A DNA stretch of 64,000 nt from Bdellovibrio sp. (GCA_036677065.1 JAKFBS010000002.1:192001-256000), one strand, 5' to 3'. Shown: positions 8,278-17,684, counted from the stretch's first letter. The notes: a model not told the origin generated them from the letters alone. Numbers and translations: made by a program.

Positions 8278-10404
8278 GTGAAAACAAGTTTGAAAAAGTT
8301 TGACAGAGATAATTTAAAAAACATCAATTTAAAAATTGGCGGTGCTTTTTTTGCCATTTTTGCGCTGTTGATAGGTATTTTGATTTCTATGACTTCATAT
8401 CTTTTTCACGGGATTATTGAATCTTCAGAAAACAGACTTTCGCAAAATATAACTAACGTTTTGTCGATTTCAATTTCACGAATTAGTTTTTCAGGTAAAT
8501 ACCATGCACAGATTTTTTCTGATCAGCTGATCGAAAAAGAAGATTCACTAAAATATATTGTTATTCTGGATGCGTCTGGCGGAGTTATCTCTAAAAGTTA
8601 TAATCCCGAGTATAAAGATTTTATTGAAAACACTCATCTGAGTTCTCTTCAATCTTATACATCGCAAATTTCAGAATTAAATAAGACCGGGAATAAAATC
8701 AGCTATGTAAGCTGTTGTGATAACCAAACATTTAAAGAAATAGCCATGCCTTATTATGGAAGTTTTGATCAGGGGCAAATCGGTGTTATCGTTGCGGGAA
8801 TTTCAACTTTCACAACCCATAAAGAAATTGCAAGAAGCCGGTTTATCATGATGCTTCTTGGATTATTCATCACTCTATTCGGCGTAATTGTTATTTATGT
8901 TGTCACAAATTATATTTCTTATCCTATTATCAGACTTGCGACAATGTTTCAGGGGATTCTTGAATTTGCGCCGATAGCAGTGATGGTCAAAGATAAGGAT
9001 GGAAAAACTATCGCCGTCAGTGCCGAGTTTAAAAATACATTTGTAGATAAAGCCGAAGAACTTGTTGATCCTAATCAGGCAAGTCAATTATTTAAAGGTT
9101 CTGATTTAGAAAAAGTGTTAACTGATGTGCCGACTCTGCACTCTGGAGTTTTGACGTATCTAACACTCAAGTTTCCTTTATTTGATGCACTCGGAAAATT
9201 TTATGGTGTGTGTGGTATTGCAACTGATGTCACCGAAAGAGAAAGATTTCAAAAAGCTCTGTTAAAAAGTGAAGCTGATTATCGTTCGATTTACGAAACT
9301 TCTCCTGTAGGTATTCTTAATGTAAGCCCTGGTGGCCAATTTCTTCGTTGTAATCAGGCCTTTGCAGAATTCGTCGGTTATTCAGAATCAGAGCTGATGG
9401 AATGTAATTTTACTGATATTACCCACCCTGAAGACTTAGAGATTTCAGCTAAAGCCATGAAATCTCTGGTTGATGGAAGTAAAAATCAAATTAGTTTTGA
9501 AAAGCGCTATATCAAAAAAAATGGTCAGACCGTATGGGGGCATGTTTCAGTTTCTGTTCTACGAAATGAAAAGGGTGAGTTTGTTAAAACGATTTCTATC
9601 GTTGAAAATATAACAGAACGTATGAAGGCCGAACAAGCCCGAGATCAACTGCTTGTGCAGGAACAAATTGCGCGGTTAGAGGCGCAAAAAGCTGTGAATG
9701 CCCGCGATGAATTTCTTTCGATTGCATCGCATGAATTAAAAACACCGCTGACGACATTGGCACTGCAAACACAGCTATTGAATCGCCTGATAGAGCAGGG
9801 GCGCCTAACCTCTTTAAGTAATGAAAAGCAATTGGATCTGGTTCGTATTTCAAGACAACAGCTTGAGCGTCTTTCTATGTTGATCAATAGTCTTTTAGAT
9901 GTTTCGCGCATTGGCGCCGGAAAATTATCGCTGAATAAAGAAAATATTAATTTGTATGAGCTGATTCAAGATATCCTTCAGCATTTTCAGATGGAATTTA
10001 AAGAAAAAGAATGCCCGGTGCAGTTAACCGGCGAAAAAAATATTATCGGCTATTGGGATAAACTTCGTCTTGAACAAATTATTATAAATCTTATTTCGAA
10101 TGCCATCAAATTCGGTGCAGGAAAAGTGATTACTATTACGACGTCTACTCAGGATGGAATGGCAAAATTTATGGTGAATGATATGGGCATTGGTATTTCA
10201 AAAGAAAATCAATCCAGAATATTTGAGCGCTTTGAGCGCGCAGTTTCATTAAAAAGTTTTGGTGGGTTGGGATTAGGTCTTTATATTGTTAAAGAATTGG
10301 TCGAGGTTCATGGCGGCAAGATCACAGTCGAGAGCGAATTAGGTGAAGGTTCGACGTTCATTGTTGAGTTGCCATTAAACGATGGTGCGCGAAGAGGGGC
10401 TTGA
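8278..10404 (+). CDS. Membrane PAS-domain sensor histidine kinase
   Basis: 2 TM segments, PAS domains (ITHPED, FEKRY), H-box ASHELKTPL, N-box NAIKF, GLGLGLYI; last codons overlap the antisense tRNA. Confidence 0.9.
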   Translation: MKTSLKKFDRDNLKNINLKIGGAFFAIFALLIGILISMTSYLFHGIIESSENRLSQNITNVLSISISRISFSGKYHAQIFSDQLIEKEDSLKYIVILDASGGVISKSYNPEYKDFIENTHLSSLQSYTSQISELNKTGNKISYVSCCDNQTFKEIAMPYYGSFDQGQIGVIVAGISTFTTHKEIARSRFIMMLLGLFITLFGVIVIYVVTNYISYPIIRLATMFQGILEFAPIAVMVKDKDGKTIAVSAEFKNTFVDKAEELVDPNQASQLFKGSDLEKVLTDVPTLHSGVLTYLTLKFPLFDALGKFYGVCGIATDVTERERFQKALLKSEADYRSIYETSPVGILNVSPGGQFLRCNQAFAEFVGYSESELMECNFTDITHPEDLEISAKAMKSLVDGSKNQISFEKRYIKKNGQTVWGHVSVSVLRNEKGEFVKTISIVENITERMKAEQARDQLLVQEQIARLEAQKAVNARDEFLSIASHELKTPLTTLALQTQLLNRLIEQGRLTSLSNEKQLDLVRISRQQLERLSMLINSLLDVSRIGAGKLSLNKENINLYELIQDILQHFQMEFKEKECPVQLTGEKNIIGYWDKLRLEQIIINLISNAIKFGAGKVITITTSTQDGMAKFMVNDMGIGISKENQSRIFERFERAVSLKSFGGLGLGLYIVKELVEVHGGKITVESELGEGSTFIVELPLNDGARRGA

Positions 10405-10465
10405 ACCCTCACGCTTGCGCATACGCCCCTCAAACGTACGTGTCTACCAATTCCACCATCCGCGC
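10383..10465 (-). tRNA. tRNA-Leu(GAG), copy 1
   Basis: GCGCGGATGGTGGAATTGGTAGACACGTACGTTTGAGGGGCGTATGCGCAAGCGTGAGGGTTCAAGCCCCTCTTCGCGCACCA; full cloverleaf, variable arm, encoded CCA. Confidence 0.93.
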
Positions 10466-10575
10466 GCACTTGAATTGTACGCTTAATTAAAGCAAACCGT
10501 TAAAAAACGGTTAACGAAGTATGAAAAATGCCCCGTTTACGACTCTATCTTGACTGAACTTTATGTTCTTACTTA
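10383..10575. repeat. Direct repeat unit B: tRNA-Leu plus ~100 bp upstream block
   Basis: Matches 14145-14340; the tRNAs differ at one base and the flank (GCACTTGAATTGTAC...TTAAAGCAAAC.GTTAAA...GAAAAATGCCCCGTTT...TTGACTGAACTTT) is conserved with substitutions. Confidence 0.9.
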
Positions 10576-10653
10576 ATGTTCGATTTTCTTTTTGCCTGAC
10601 GTATTTAGATTACACTAGGTAGAAGATAATTTACCTCAGTAAAAAGAGAGAGC

Positions 10654-12534
10654 ATGGCTACGATCAAAGAATTGCATTTCCTACCTTTAAGTAAAAAGCT
10701 GCTGAGCATTGTGGTGCTTGTTGGCTTTCTATTTACGGTTTTTTGGACGTTCACTAATATTTTTCTAACTAAGTCGCTCAACGAAGAACTTGAAATCAAC
10801 CGTTTGGAGTATTTTGAAAATATCTTACTTCCCGGAATCGCAAATTCGGCGTGGAATATCGACATGCCCCAGATCAAGATACAATTGGAGGGTATATTAC
10901 AAAATCCAAATATCGTGCGCGTAAGACTGGCTGAAGTAAATTCCGCAGATCCACTTTTTGATAAAAAAAAGCAGGACAATTATTCCGACATTTCCGTAAA
11001 AGAGTATCCACTTTATCCCCCGGATAATAGCTCGAAACGCAAGTTCTCGACGCTAAGTGTATTTTCTACTAATGATAAAATTGCTGCCCAACAAAAGACT
11101 GAAATTTTAAAGAATTTTGTATCAGAGGGGCTGGAGATCTTTATATTAAGTCTGGTCATATTTTATTTTTTTAAATTTTTAGTTACAAATCATCTTGAAA
11201 TGATTTCTCAGTTTTTTCAGGAAAACCCATATTTTAGCAAAACTACGCCCGAAATTGCCAACAGAAAAAAAGGATTTGCAGACGAAATTGACGATTTGAT
11301 TACTCACATAAATTTTAATGTTACGGCCTCAAAGAAATATCAGACTGAAATTGAAACCCTGAAAAACCAGGCAGAAGATGCTAATCGAACAAAATCGGTT
11401 TTTTTGGCAAATATCAACCACGAGCTGCGTACCCCCCTTAACTCAATTTTAGGTGTAACAGAACTCTTGCCTGGTGCTTCTGATGCTACTCAACAAAAAG
11501 TCCTCATTGAAATGCAAGCCAAGGCTTGTTTGCATTTAATGAACCTAGTTGATGAAATCCTCGACCTCAGTAAAATAGAGGCTCACGAAGTCAAAATTGA
11601 AATTAAAGATGTAAATTTAAGAAATATTGTTGAATCCTGTCGCCTGCTGACAGAATTTGATTTTAAAGAAAAAAACAATCGAATCGCCGTGAGTTTTTCA
11701 GAGACATTTCCAACTTTGATCTTGGGTGACGAATTCCGGATTAGTCAAATCATCCTTAACTTGATTAATAATGCTAATAAATTCACAGACCACGGAGATA
11801 TTAAAATAAGTGTTCAGGATTTCGGTGATCGATTTACAATCGCAGTCAGCGACACCGGTATTGGGATTGCTCAGGTTAAACTGGAACACTTATTTATTCC
11901 ATTTAAACAGATTGAGGCCCAATCGACATCGAAAATAAAGGGCTATGGCATTGGCCTTTCGATCACTAAGGCCTTGGTTGAATTGATGAACGGAAAGATA
12001 GAAGTTGAAAGTCAGCTCGGAAAAGGGAGTGTGTTTACGGTTCAGCTACCGCTGCTAATAGCGCCAGTCGAGGTCATTGAAAAACCGAATTCAAAAATCG
12101 AAACTTTCAAATTCGCAGAAAATCCCTCTAAAATATTGATTGTTGAAGACACCGAGGAGATTCAATTTATAATCGGCGAATTTTTTAAAAAAACAAATTT
12201 TCAACTGACTTATGCCGTAAATGGAAAAGAGGCTGTCGAATATTTTAAAAAAGAGTCATTTTCTTTGATCTTGATGGATCTGCAGATGCCTGTAATGAAC
12301 GGCTATGAAGCCACCCGCGAAATTCGCAGATTAGAAAAAATAAATAACAAGAGTAAAACGCCCATTGTTGCAGTTACCGCCTATACCACCAAGACTGACT
12401 TGGATATGGCTATGAGCGCTGGTTGCGATGGCTATATCACTAAGCCTTTTTCCAAGTCTAAGCTACTCTCATCCGTCGAATTCTATCTAAGTGCAACTTC
12501 ACGAAAGGAAAGCTTATGGGGAAGTTATTACTAG
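10654..12534 (+). CDS. Hybrid sensor histidine kinase/response regulator
   Basis: 2 TM segments, NINHELRTPL, NANKFT, GIGLSI, C-terminal REC (ILMDLQMP, ITKP). Confidence 0.9.
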   Translation: MATIKELHFLPLSKKLLSIVVLVGFLFTVFWTFTNIFLTKSLNEELEINRLEYFENILLPGIANSAWNIDMPQIKIQLEGILQNPNIVRVRLAEVNSADPLFDKKKQDNYSDISVKEYPLYPPDNSSKRKFSTLSVFSTNDKIAAQQKTEILKNFVSEGLEIFILSLVIFYFFKFLVTNHLEMISQFFQENPYFSKTTPEIANRKKGFADEIDDLITHINFNVTASKKYQTEIETLKNQAEDANRTKSVFLANINHELRTPLNSILGVTELLPGASDATQQKVLIEMQAKACLHLMNLVDEILDLSKIEAHEVKIEIKDVNLRNIVESCRLLTEFDFKEKNNRIAVSFSETFPTLILGDEFRISQIILNLINNANKFTDHGDIKISVQDFGDRFTIAVSDTGIGIAQVKLEHLFIPFKQIEAQSTSKIKGYGIGLSITKALVELMNGKIEVESQLGKGSVFTVQLPLLIAPVEVIEKPNSKIETFKFAENPSKILIVEDTEEIQFIIGEFFKKTNFQLTYAVNGKEAVEYFKKESFSLILMDLQMPVMNGYEATREIRRLEKINNKSKTPIVAVTAYTTKTDLDMAMSAGCDGYITKPFSKSKLLSSVEFYLSATSRKESLWGSYY

Positions 12535-13292
12535 TGGCGCTCTTCATACTAAATATGCAGGCTCTGACTTTCGCCCAAGAAGCATTATCAAAGGGTGAAA
12601 AGGAATACACATTCATTGGGCTAGAGTACGAACCTTTCAATTGGACTGACGGCGGCACGCCTAAGGGTGGAATGCTTGAGGTCGTAAAGAACGTGTGTAA
12701 CAAAATGAAGATTAAATGCAAATTTGAATTTATTCCTATGAGGCGTGTGATTAAAATGCTAGAAGATGGTTCGACGGTCGGAGTGCTAAGCTTAATCCCG
12801 AATTCCGATCGCGAGTCCTTTACAACTCTATCGGTCCCCATCATCCGTTCCAACATAAGTTACTTCGCAGTAAAAGGGACCTTTAAAAAAATCAAGAAAC
12901 TAGAAGATCTAAATGGCGCTACTGTCGGTGCTCTCGTCGCATCAAGTGCGGAAAAAATAGCATTGACTCATAAAGAACAAATCAAAGACTTAAAAGTTGA
13001 GAATGAATCCGAGCTGCTGACTGTGGTCAACAAGTTGACGGCAGGAAGATATGGAGCCAAAGGCTTGGCAATTTCGAACGAGGATGTATTTACAACTTTA
13101 TTCAAAAAGTTAAATATTGATACTTTAGAAGTTGTATACGTCGCTAGTGTCGATGGCTTTAGTGTGGCTTTTTCAAAAAAGGCTTCTGACCCAAGCTTTA
13201 TCAGGAAATTCAACGCGAATATTCTAGAAATGAAAAAAACCGGTGAATTAGAAAATCTGCTAAAGCCCTATGGGTTAAAGCCTGCTAAGTGA
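12516..13292 (+). CDS. Family 3 (amino-acid-type) substrate-binding protein
   Basis: Signal peptide, YEPFN, G.LEVV, LEDLNG, MKKTGEL..LLKPYG. Confidence 0.8.
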   Translation: MGKLLLVALFILNMQALTFAQEALSKGEKEYTFIGLEYEPFNWTDGGTPKGGMLEVVKNVCNKMKIKCKFEFIPMRRVIKMLEDGSTVGVLSLIPNSDRESFTTLSVPIIRSNISYFAVKGTFKKIKKLEDLNGATVGALVASSAEKIALTHKEQIKDLKVENESELLTVVNKLTAGRYGAKGLAISNEDVFTTLFKKLNIDTLEVVYVASVDGFSVAFSKKASDPSFIRKFNANILEMKKTGELENLLKPYGLKPAK

Positions 13293-13341
13293 GTTTAAAA
13301 AAATCGATTGCAATTGTTATTATTAATGAATAAAAAATACT

Positions 13342-14070
13342 ATGATTTTAATTTTAATTTTATCTTTTTTCTTTGCCAGCACTTTTACTCAGGCCGCAGA
13401 ACTTAAACTTTTTTCAATCGATTTTCCACCTTACACTTATCAGACACCAAATGGTGGAGGTGGTGTTATGTATGAAGTTGTACAAGAGCTTGCTAAACGG
13501 GTTGGTCAAACAACTCAGGTTGAATTTATGCCATGGGCCCGGGCGCGCCTTGAGACTGAAAAAATTTCTAATGGAGGTGTTTTTCCTTTGGCACGTACCG
13601 CTGAACGCGAGAAAAATTATTCTTGGGTGGCACACATTCTGGATGATCCTTATGTCTTTTTTGCCATGAAATCTTCAAAGGTGAATATTTCGTCAATCGC
13701 TGCTGCTAAAAAAATTCGGGTGGGCACGCTGAAGGGCTCAGTTGCCGAACTCGAATTGAAAAAATTAGGATTTCCTCAAACTGAGTCCGTCGCCCACGAT
13801 GTGCAAAATGCCAAAAAACTCAAACAAGGGCATATCGATGTTTGGGTTGCTCCACTCAGTAGCAAAAACCAATATAAAGAAAAAGCTGATCTCTCAGCTG
13901 ATGAATTAAAAACTGGAGCTGAACTTTTAATTCTACATGAATATTTGGGGGCCTCAAAATCTCTTGATGCTCAAACACTTCAAAAGTGGCAAAAGGCTTT
14001 TACATCGATGAAAAAGGATGGAAGTTATGCAGCCATCATGAAAAAATACGGATTTACTCCGCTTAAGTGA
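13342..14070 (+). CDS. Family 3 substrate-binding protein
   Basis: FPPYTY, MPWARA, RTAERE, MKKDGSYAAIMKKYG. Confidence 0.85.
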   Translation: MILILILSFFFASTFTQAAELKLFSIDFPPYTYQTPNGGGGVMYEVVQELAKRVGQTTQVEFMPWARARLETEKISNGGVFPLARTAEREKNYSWVAHILDDPYVFFAMKSSKVNISSIAAAKKIRVGTLKGSVAELELKKLGFPQTESVAHDVQNAKKLKQGHIDVWVAPLSSKNQYKEKADLSADELKTGAELLILHEYLGASKSLDAQTLQKWQKAFTSMKKDGSYAAIMKKYGFTPLK

Positions 14071-14144
14071 ACGGTCAGCAATTTGCAAAGCGATTGCTGG
14101 GAGACCGGCTCTAATTTATTTCGATCATGATTTGAATTAAATGT

Positions 14145-14227
14145 TGGTGCGCGAAGAGGGACTTGAACCCTCACGCTTGCGCATACGCCCCTCAAACGTA
14201 CGTGTCTACCAATTCCACCATCCGCGC
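14145..14227 (-). tRNA. tRNA-Leu(GAG), copy 2
   Basis: Same as copy 1 except T-loop TTCAAGT instead of TTCAAGC; encoded CCA. Confidence 0.95.
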
Positions 14228-14340
14228 GCACTTGAATTGTACAAATTTATTAAAGCAAACTGTTAAAGAACGGTCAACGGGGTATAGAAAAATGCCCCGT
14301 TTTAGCCTGAACCTTGACTGAACTTTGGATATTTAGCTTA
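14145..14340. repeat. Direct repeat unit C: tRNA-Leu plus upstream block
   Basis: Direct repeat of 10383-10575. Confidence 0.9.
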
Positions 14341-14349
14341 ATGTTTTAT

Positions 14350-14709
14350 ATGGCTAAAACTATCTTGATCGTTGAAGACGACGAATCTATACGCGAGACA
14401 TTACAAGCGGTGCTCGAGTTAGAAGGCCATGACGTCCTGACTGCTGAAAACGGGCAGGAAGGGCTAAACTTATTAGCAACTCATCCAAAACCTTGCCTAA
14501 TTCTTTTGGATTTAATGATGCCCGTTATGAATGGTTGGGAATTTGCTGCAACCATTGAAAAAGACGCAAAGCTTGCCTCAATTCCAGTTATCATAGTGAG
14601 TGCTTATAACGATAAAGCTGCGAACATAAAATCCATAGCCTCTTTAAAAAAGCCCATCGATCTTAGATCGCTGAATGAAACTATTAAAAAGTGGTGTACT
14701 CCCCAATGA
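14350..14709 (+). CDS. Single-domain response regulator
   Basis: ILIVEDD, LILLDLMMPVMNGWEF, VSA, KKP. Confidence 0.9.
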   Translation: MAKTILIVEDDESIRETLQAVLELEGHDVLTAENGQEGLNLLATHPKPCLILLDLMMPVMNGWEFAATIEKDAKLASIPVIIVSAYNDKAANIKSIASLKKPIDLRSLNETIKKWCTPQ

Positions 14710-16808
14710 GTAATTCCATCCCGGGTGTTTCAGTTCAATCTTTTGGCGAAGGTAAAATGGGGCCTTTTATTCGCACTTTTGATTGGAGTAAAACTTCACT
14801 TGGGCCTTATGAATTCTGGTCGAAATCTTTAAAAGCTCATGTGAGTATGATGCTCGCGTTACCAACAGTAGCTTCGGTTTTTTGGGGTAAAGAGTTATTG
14901 CAAATTTATAACGACGCTTGCGTAACGACGATGGGGGATCGCCATCCGCGCAATTTAGGGTTGCCGGTAAAACAGGGCTGGCCTGAAGCTTATTCAATGA
15001 TGAAGCCTTTTTTTGATCGCATTATCAATAATGCAGAAGTCATTGTGAATAAACGCGTGTTAACTCCACTTGAACGTGCTCAGTTTGTTGAAGAATGTTA
15101 TTTCGATTCGACCATGAGTCCGCTTAAAGATGATGACGGTCAGATACAGGGAGTCCTTTCACTAGTTTCAGAAAATACAGAGCTAGTTTTAAGTGAGCGC
15201 AGAACAGCAACCCTTCGAAAAATTGCCCAAACTATTATTTCACCGGCTGATAATTTTCAAAGTTTGATGGATATATTTGCGTCAAATCCAAATGACATCC
15301 GTTTTGCTTTTTTATTTTTACCAGACGATTTAAAATTACAAGTTAAGCTGGCAGCCAGCTTTGGAATCAATGAGCCCATTAAGGAAACAACTGGTTTTGA
15401 CCAGCTCATGAAATCTGCTCGCCAGGTACTGACTTCAAACAATCCGCTAGAGATCAATGATTTTCAAAATTTAATTCCGCATGCGCCGATAGCTCCGTGG
15501 CCAGAGCCAACACAAAAAGCGATGCTGATTCCAATCCGCGCAGATTCAAATCCTGCAACTGGCGTTTTGGTTTTTGGCCTAAGCCCGCGCCTTAAATTTG
15601 ACGAAGCTTATCGTGGTTTTTTTGTTGATATCAGTTTAAAGATGGCAAGCCTTCTTGAAGTCCAAGCACAAACCCGCGCTGCGGTGAAAATTCATAAATC
15701 CTACGAGTTTTTAAATTCGGTGATTGAGCACGTGCCTTTGATGATCTTTGTAAAAGACGCCAAAGAACTACGCTTCACACGGTTTAACAAAGCCGGTGAA
15801 GAATTGCTGGGTTATAAAAGTGAAGACCTCATCGGTAAAAACGATTATGATTTTTTTAACAAAAAAGAAGCCGATTTTTTTACCGAAAAAGATCGCGCCA
15901 CTTTAAGCAGTGGTAAAATTTTAGATATTCCTGAAGAAAAAATTCAAACCCGGGTTAATGGCGAACGCATACTGCATACAAAAAAAATCACCTTACATGA
16001 TGAACATGGTAAACCTGAGTTCTTATTAGGAATTTCAGAAGATATCACCGAGAAAAAATTAGCTGAAGAACAGCATAGATTATTACTGCAAGAACAGTTC
16101 GCCAGAGGCGAAGCTGAAAAAATGATTCAGCAGCGTGATGATTTTATTTCAATTGCGGCACACGAACTACGAACGCCGCTGACTTCAATCAGTTTGCAAA
16201 ATCAATTGATCAGTAAATTTTTACCGACGTTAGGTGATGCACCGAATGTTCAAAAATTTATTACTCTCACGCAAAATTGTCAGGCGCAAATCGAACGTCT
16301 GACAAAGCTTGTAGAGAATTTATTAGATGTCACACGCGCAACGACCGGAAGATTGGTGTTAGATAAAACCGATGTGAATTTAGCTGAATTGGTTAAGCGA
16401 ATTATTAAAGGCCTTGAAGTTGAACTCAGTAGATCGAAATGTAAACTTGAACTTGATCTTGAACCTGATCTTAACGGTAAATGGGATGCTAGTCGTCTTG
16501 AGCAGATTTTTGTAAATCTTATGACGAACGCGATGAAGTTTGGCAAAGGCCATCCTATCGAAGTCTCAGCTAAGCGTGAAAACTCATTTGCTGTCTTACG
16601 TGTGAAAGATCATGGGATTGGAATTTCAAAAGAAGACCAAGCAAGACTGTTTAATCGCTTTGAACGGGCCGTATCAATCACCTCATTTGGCGGTTTGGGG
16701 CTAGGGTTATATATTTCAAGACAAATCGCTACCGCTCACGGAGGCACTATCGAGGTGCAGAGTGAAATTGGTCATGGCACCACATTTACAGTTAAGCTTC
16801 CGCTATAA
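14706..16808 (+). CDS. Cytoplasmic PAS/GAF sensor histidine kinase
   Basis: DWSKTSLGP PAS-like N-terminus, GAF-like region, PAS (LIGKNDYDFF), AAHELRTPL, GLGLGLYI; ATGA overlap with the upstream regulator. Confidence 0.9.
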   Translation: MSNSIPGVSVQSFGEGKMGPFIRTFDWSKTSLGPYEFWSKSLKAHVSMMLALPTVASVFWGKELLQIYNDACVTTMGDRHPRNLGLPVKQGWPEAYSMMKPFFDRIINNAEVIVNKRVLTPLERAQFVEECYFDSTMSPLKDDDGQIQGVLSLVSENTELVLSERRTATLRKIAQTIISPADNFQSLMDIFASNPNDIRFAFLFLPDDLKLQVKLAASFGINEPIKETTGFDQLMKSARQVLTSNNPLEINDFQNLIPHAPIAPWPEPTQKAMLIPIRADSNPATGVLVFGLSPRLKFDEAYRGFFVDISLKMASLLEVQAQTRAAVKIHKSYEFLNSVIEHVPLMIFVKDAKELRFTRFNKAGEELLGYKSEDLIGKNDYDFFNKKEADFFTEKDRATLSSGKILDIPEEKIQTRVNGERILHTKKITLHDEHGKPEFLLGISEDITEKKLAEEQHRLLLQEQFARGEAEKMIQQRDDFISIAAHELRTPLTSISLQNQLISKFLPTLGDAPNVQKFITLTQNCQAQIERLTKLVENLLDVTRATTGRLVLDKTDVNLAELVKRIIKGLEVELSRSKCKLELDLEPDLNGKWDASRLEQIFVNLMTNAMKFGKGHPIEVSAKRENSFAVLRVKDHGIGISKEDQARLFNRFERAVSITSFGGLGLGLYISRQIATAHGGTIEVQSEIGHGTTFTVKLPL

Positions 16809-16893
16809 ACGTCTCAAAACGCGAAATTCATAAAATTTAAATCTAGTTTTTACAACTTGTGGCAAACTAATTGATTCAAAGGGGTTTGAGCGC

Positions 16894-17307
16894 ATGTTAA
16901 AATTTCTAGTTTTAATTTTTTCAATCAGCTTTTTAACTTTACCAACTTTTGCTGAAGAAGATTTAGATGCAGCTTTAAAAGACGTGCAAGATTTATTGCG
17001 AACAGAATCCAAACGTAATGAAGTGATCAAAGTAAGCCCCAAAGCCCAACAGGCCGATGACTTTGCCTTACAAGCCGTCGGCGGCAATCAAGCCTTAAAG
17101 AACGATATCTATGATGTATCAGCAGATGTCATGGCTACAGTGAAAGAACTTAGTGGCGGGGATGCCGCAAAGATGAATGAGCTTTTGCAAAAAGCCTTAC
17201 AAAATCCCACAGCATTTTTAAAATCTTTACCACCAGAGCAACAAGCAAAAATTCGCGACATCGCGGCTAAGACTGAAAAACAGAAGAGCAGCCAAGCTAA
17301 GCCATAG
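16894..17307 (+). CDS. Secreted helical hypothetical protein
   Basis: Signal peptide ending TFA; no recognised domain. Confidence 0.7.
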   Translation: MLKFLVLIFSISFLTLPTFAEEDLDAALKDVQDLLRTESKRNEVIKVSPKAQQADDFALQAVGGNQALKNDIYDVSADVMATVKELSGGDAAKMNELLQKALQNPTAFLKSLPPEQQAKIRDIAAKTEKQKSSQAKP

Positions 17308-17582
17308 AAGCGCCTCACAGCGTCCAAAACTCTATAGTGTTTATATATAGTTATAACAACCCATAAGCCTAGATTATGGTCTGGATTTATATTTCTTTTG
17401 CTCTATTTTTAACCCTGAAACACCACTTTATCATCTTACCAATAAGAGCAAGGACGCTCCCCAGACGACAAAGGGGTGTATACAGCTAGGATGGCTGTTT
17501 CCAATGTCGTCAATAGCCAAGGATGGCGAAGTAAGTGAAACGAACAGTTCAAGCAATTGAACAATTGAAGAAGGAGTTTCAA

Positions 17583-17684
17583 GTGAGTTTCGAATTGAGT
17601 GAGGTTTTAATTTTTTGTGGTTTTTATTCTAGCCTGGTGATCTTTTCCCTCTGGATCACTGTAGCCGACAGAATAAAGATGTAA
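17583..17684 (+). CDS. 33-aa hydrophobic small protein MSFELSEVLIFCGFYSSLVIFSLWITVADRIKM
   Basis: AAGGAG RBS at 17571-17576, GTG start, one TM-length hydrophobic stretch; too short for the ORF track. Confidence 0.5.
   Translation: MSFELSEVLIFCGFYSSLVIFSLWITVADRIKM

Noticed and set aside
10383..14227. Prophage, ICE or integrase-driven island between tRNA repeats
   Set aside because: No integrase, transposase, phage or conjugation genes, and the repeat covers the whole tRNA plus upstream DNA instead of an att core.
14025..14231. 68-aa minus-strand ORF MRADGGIGRHVRLRG...
   Set aside because: It is a translation of the tRNA-Leu gene.
16811..16825. Fourth copy of the TCA-N3-TGA palindrome
   Set aside because: Only the left half (GTCTCA) matches.
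16860..16875. Sigma54-like TGGCAAACTAATTGAT
   Set aside because: Lacks the conserved GC at -12.
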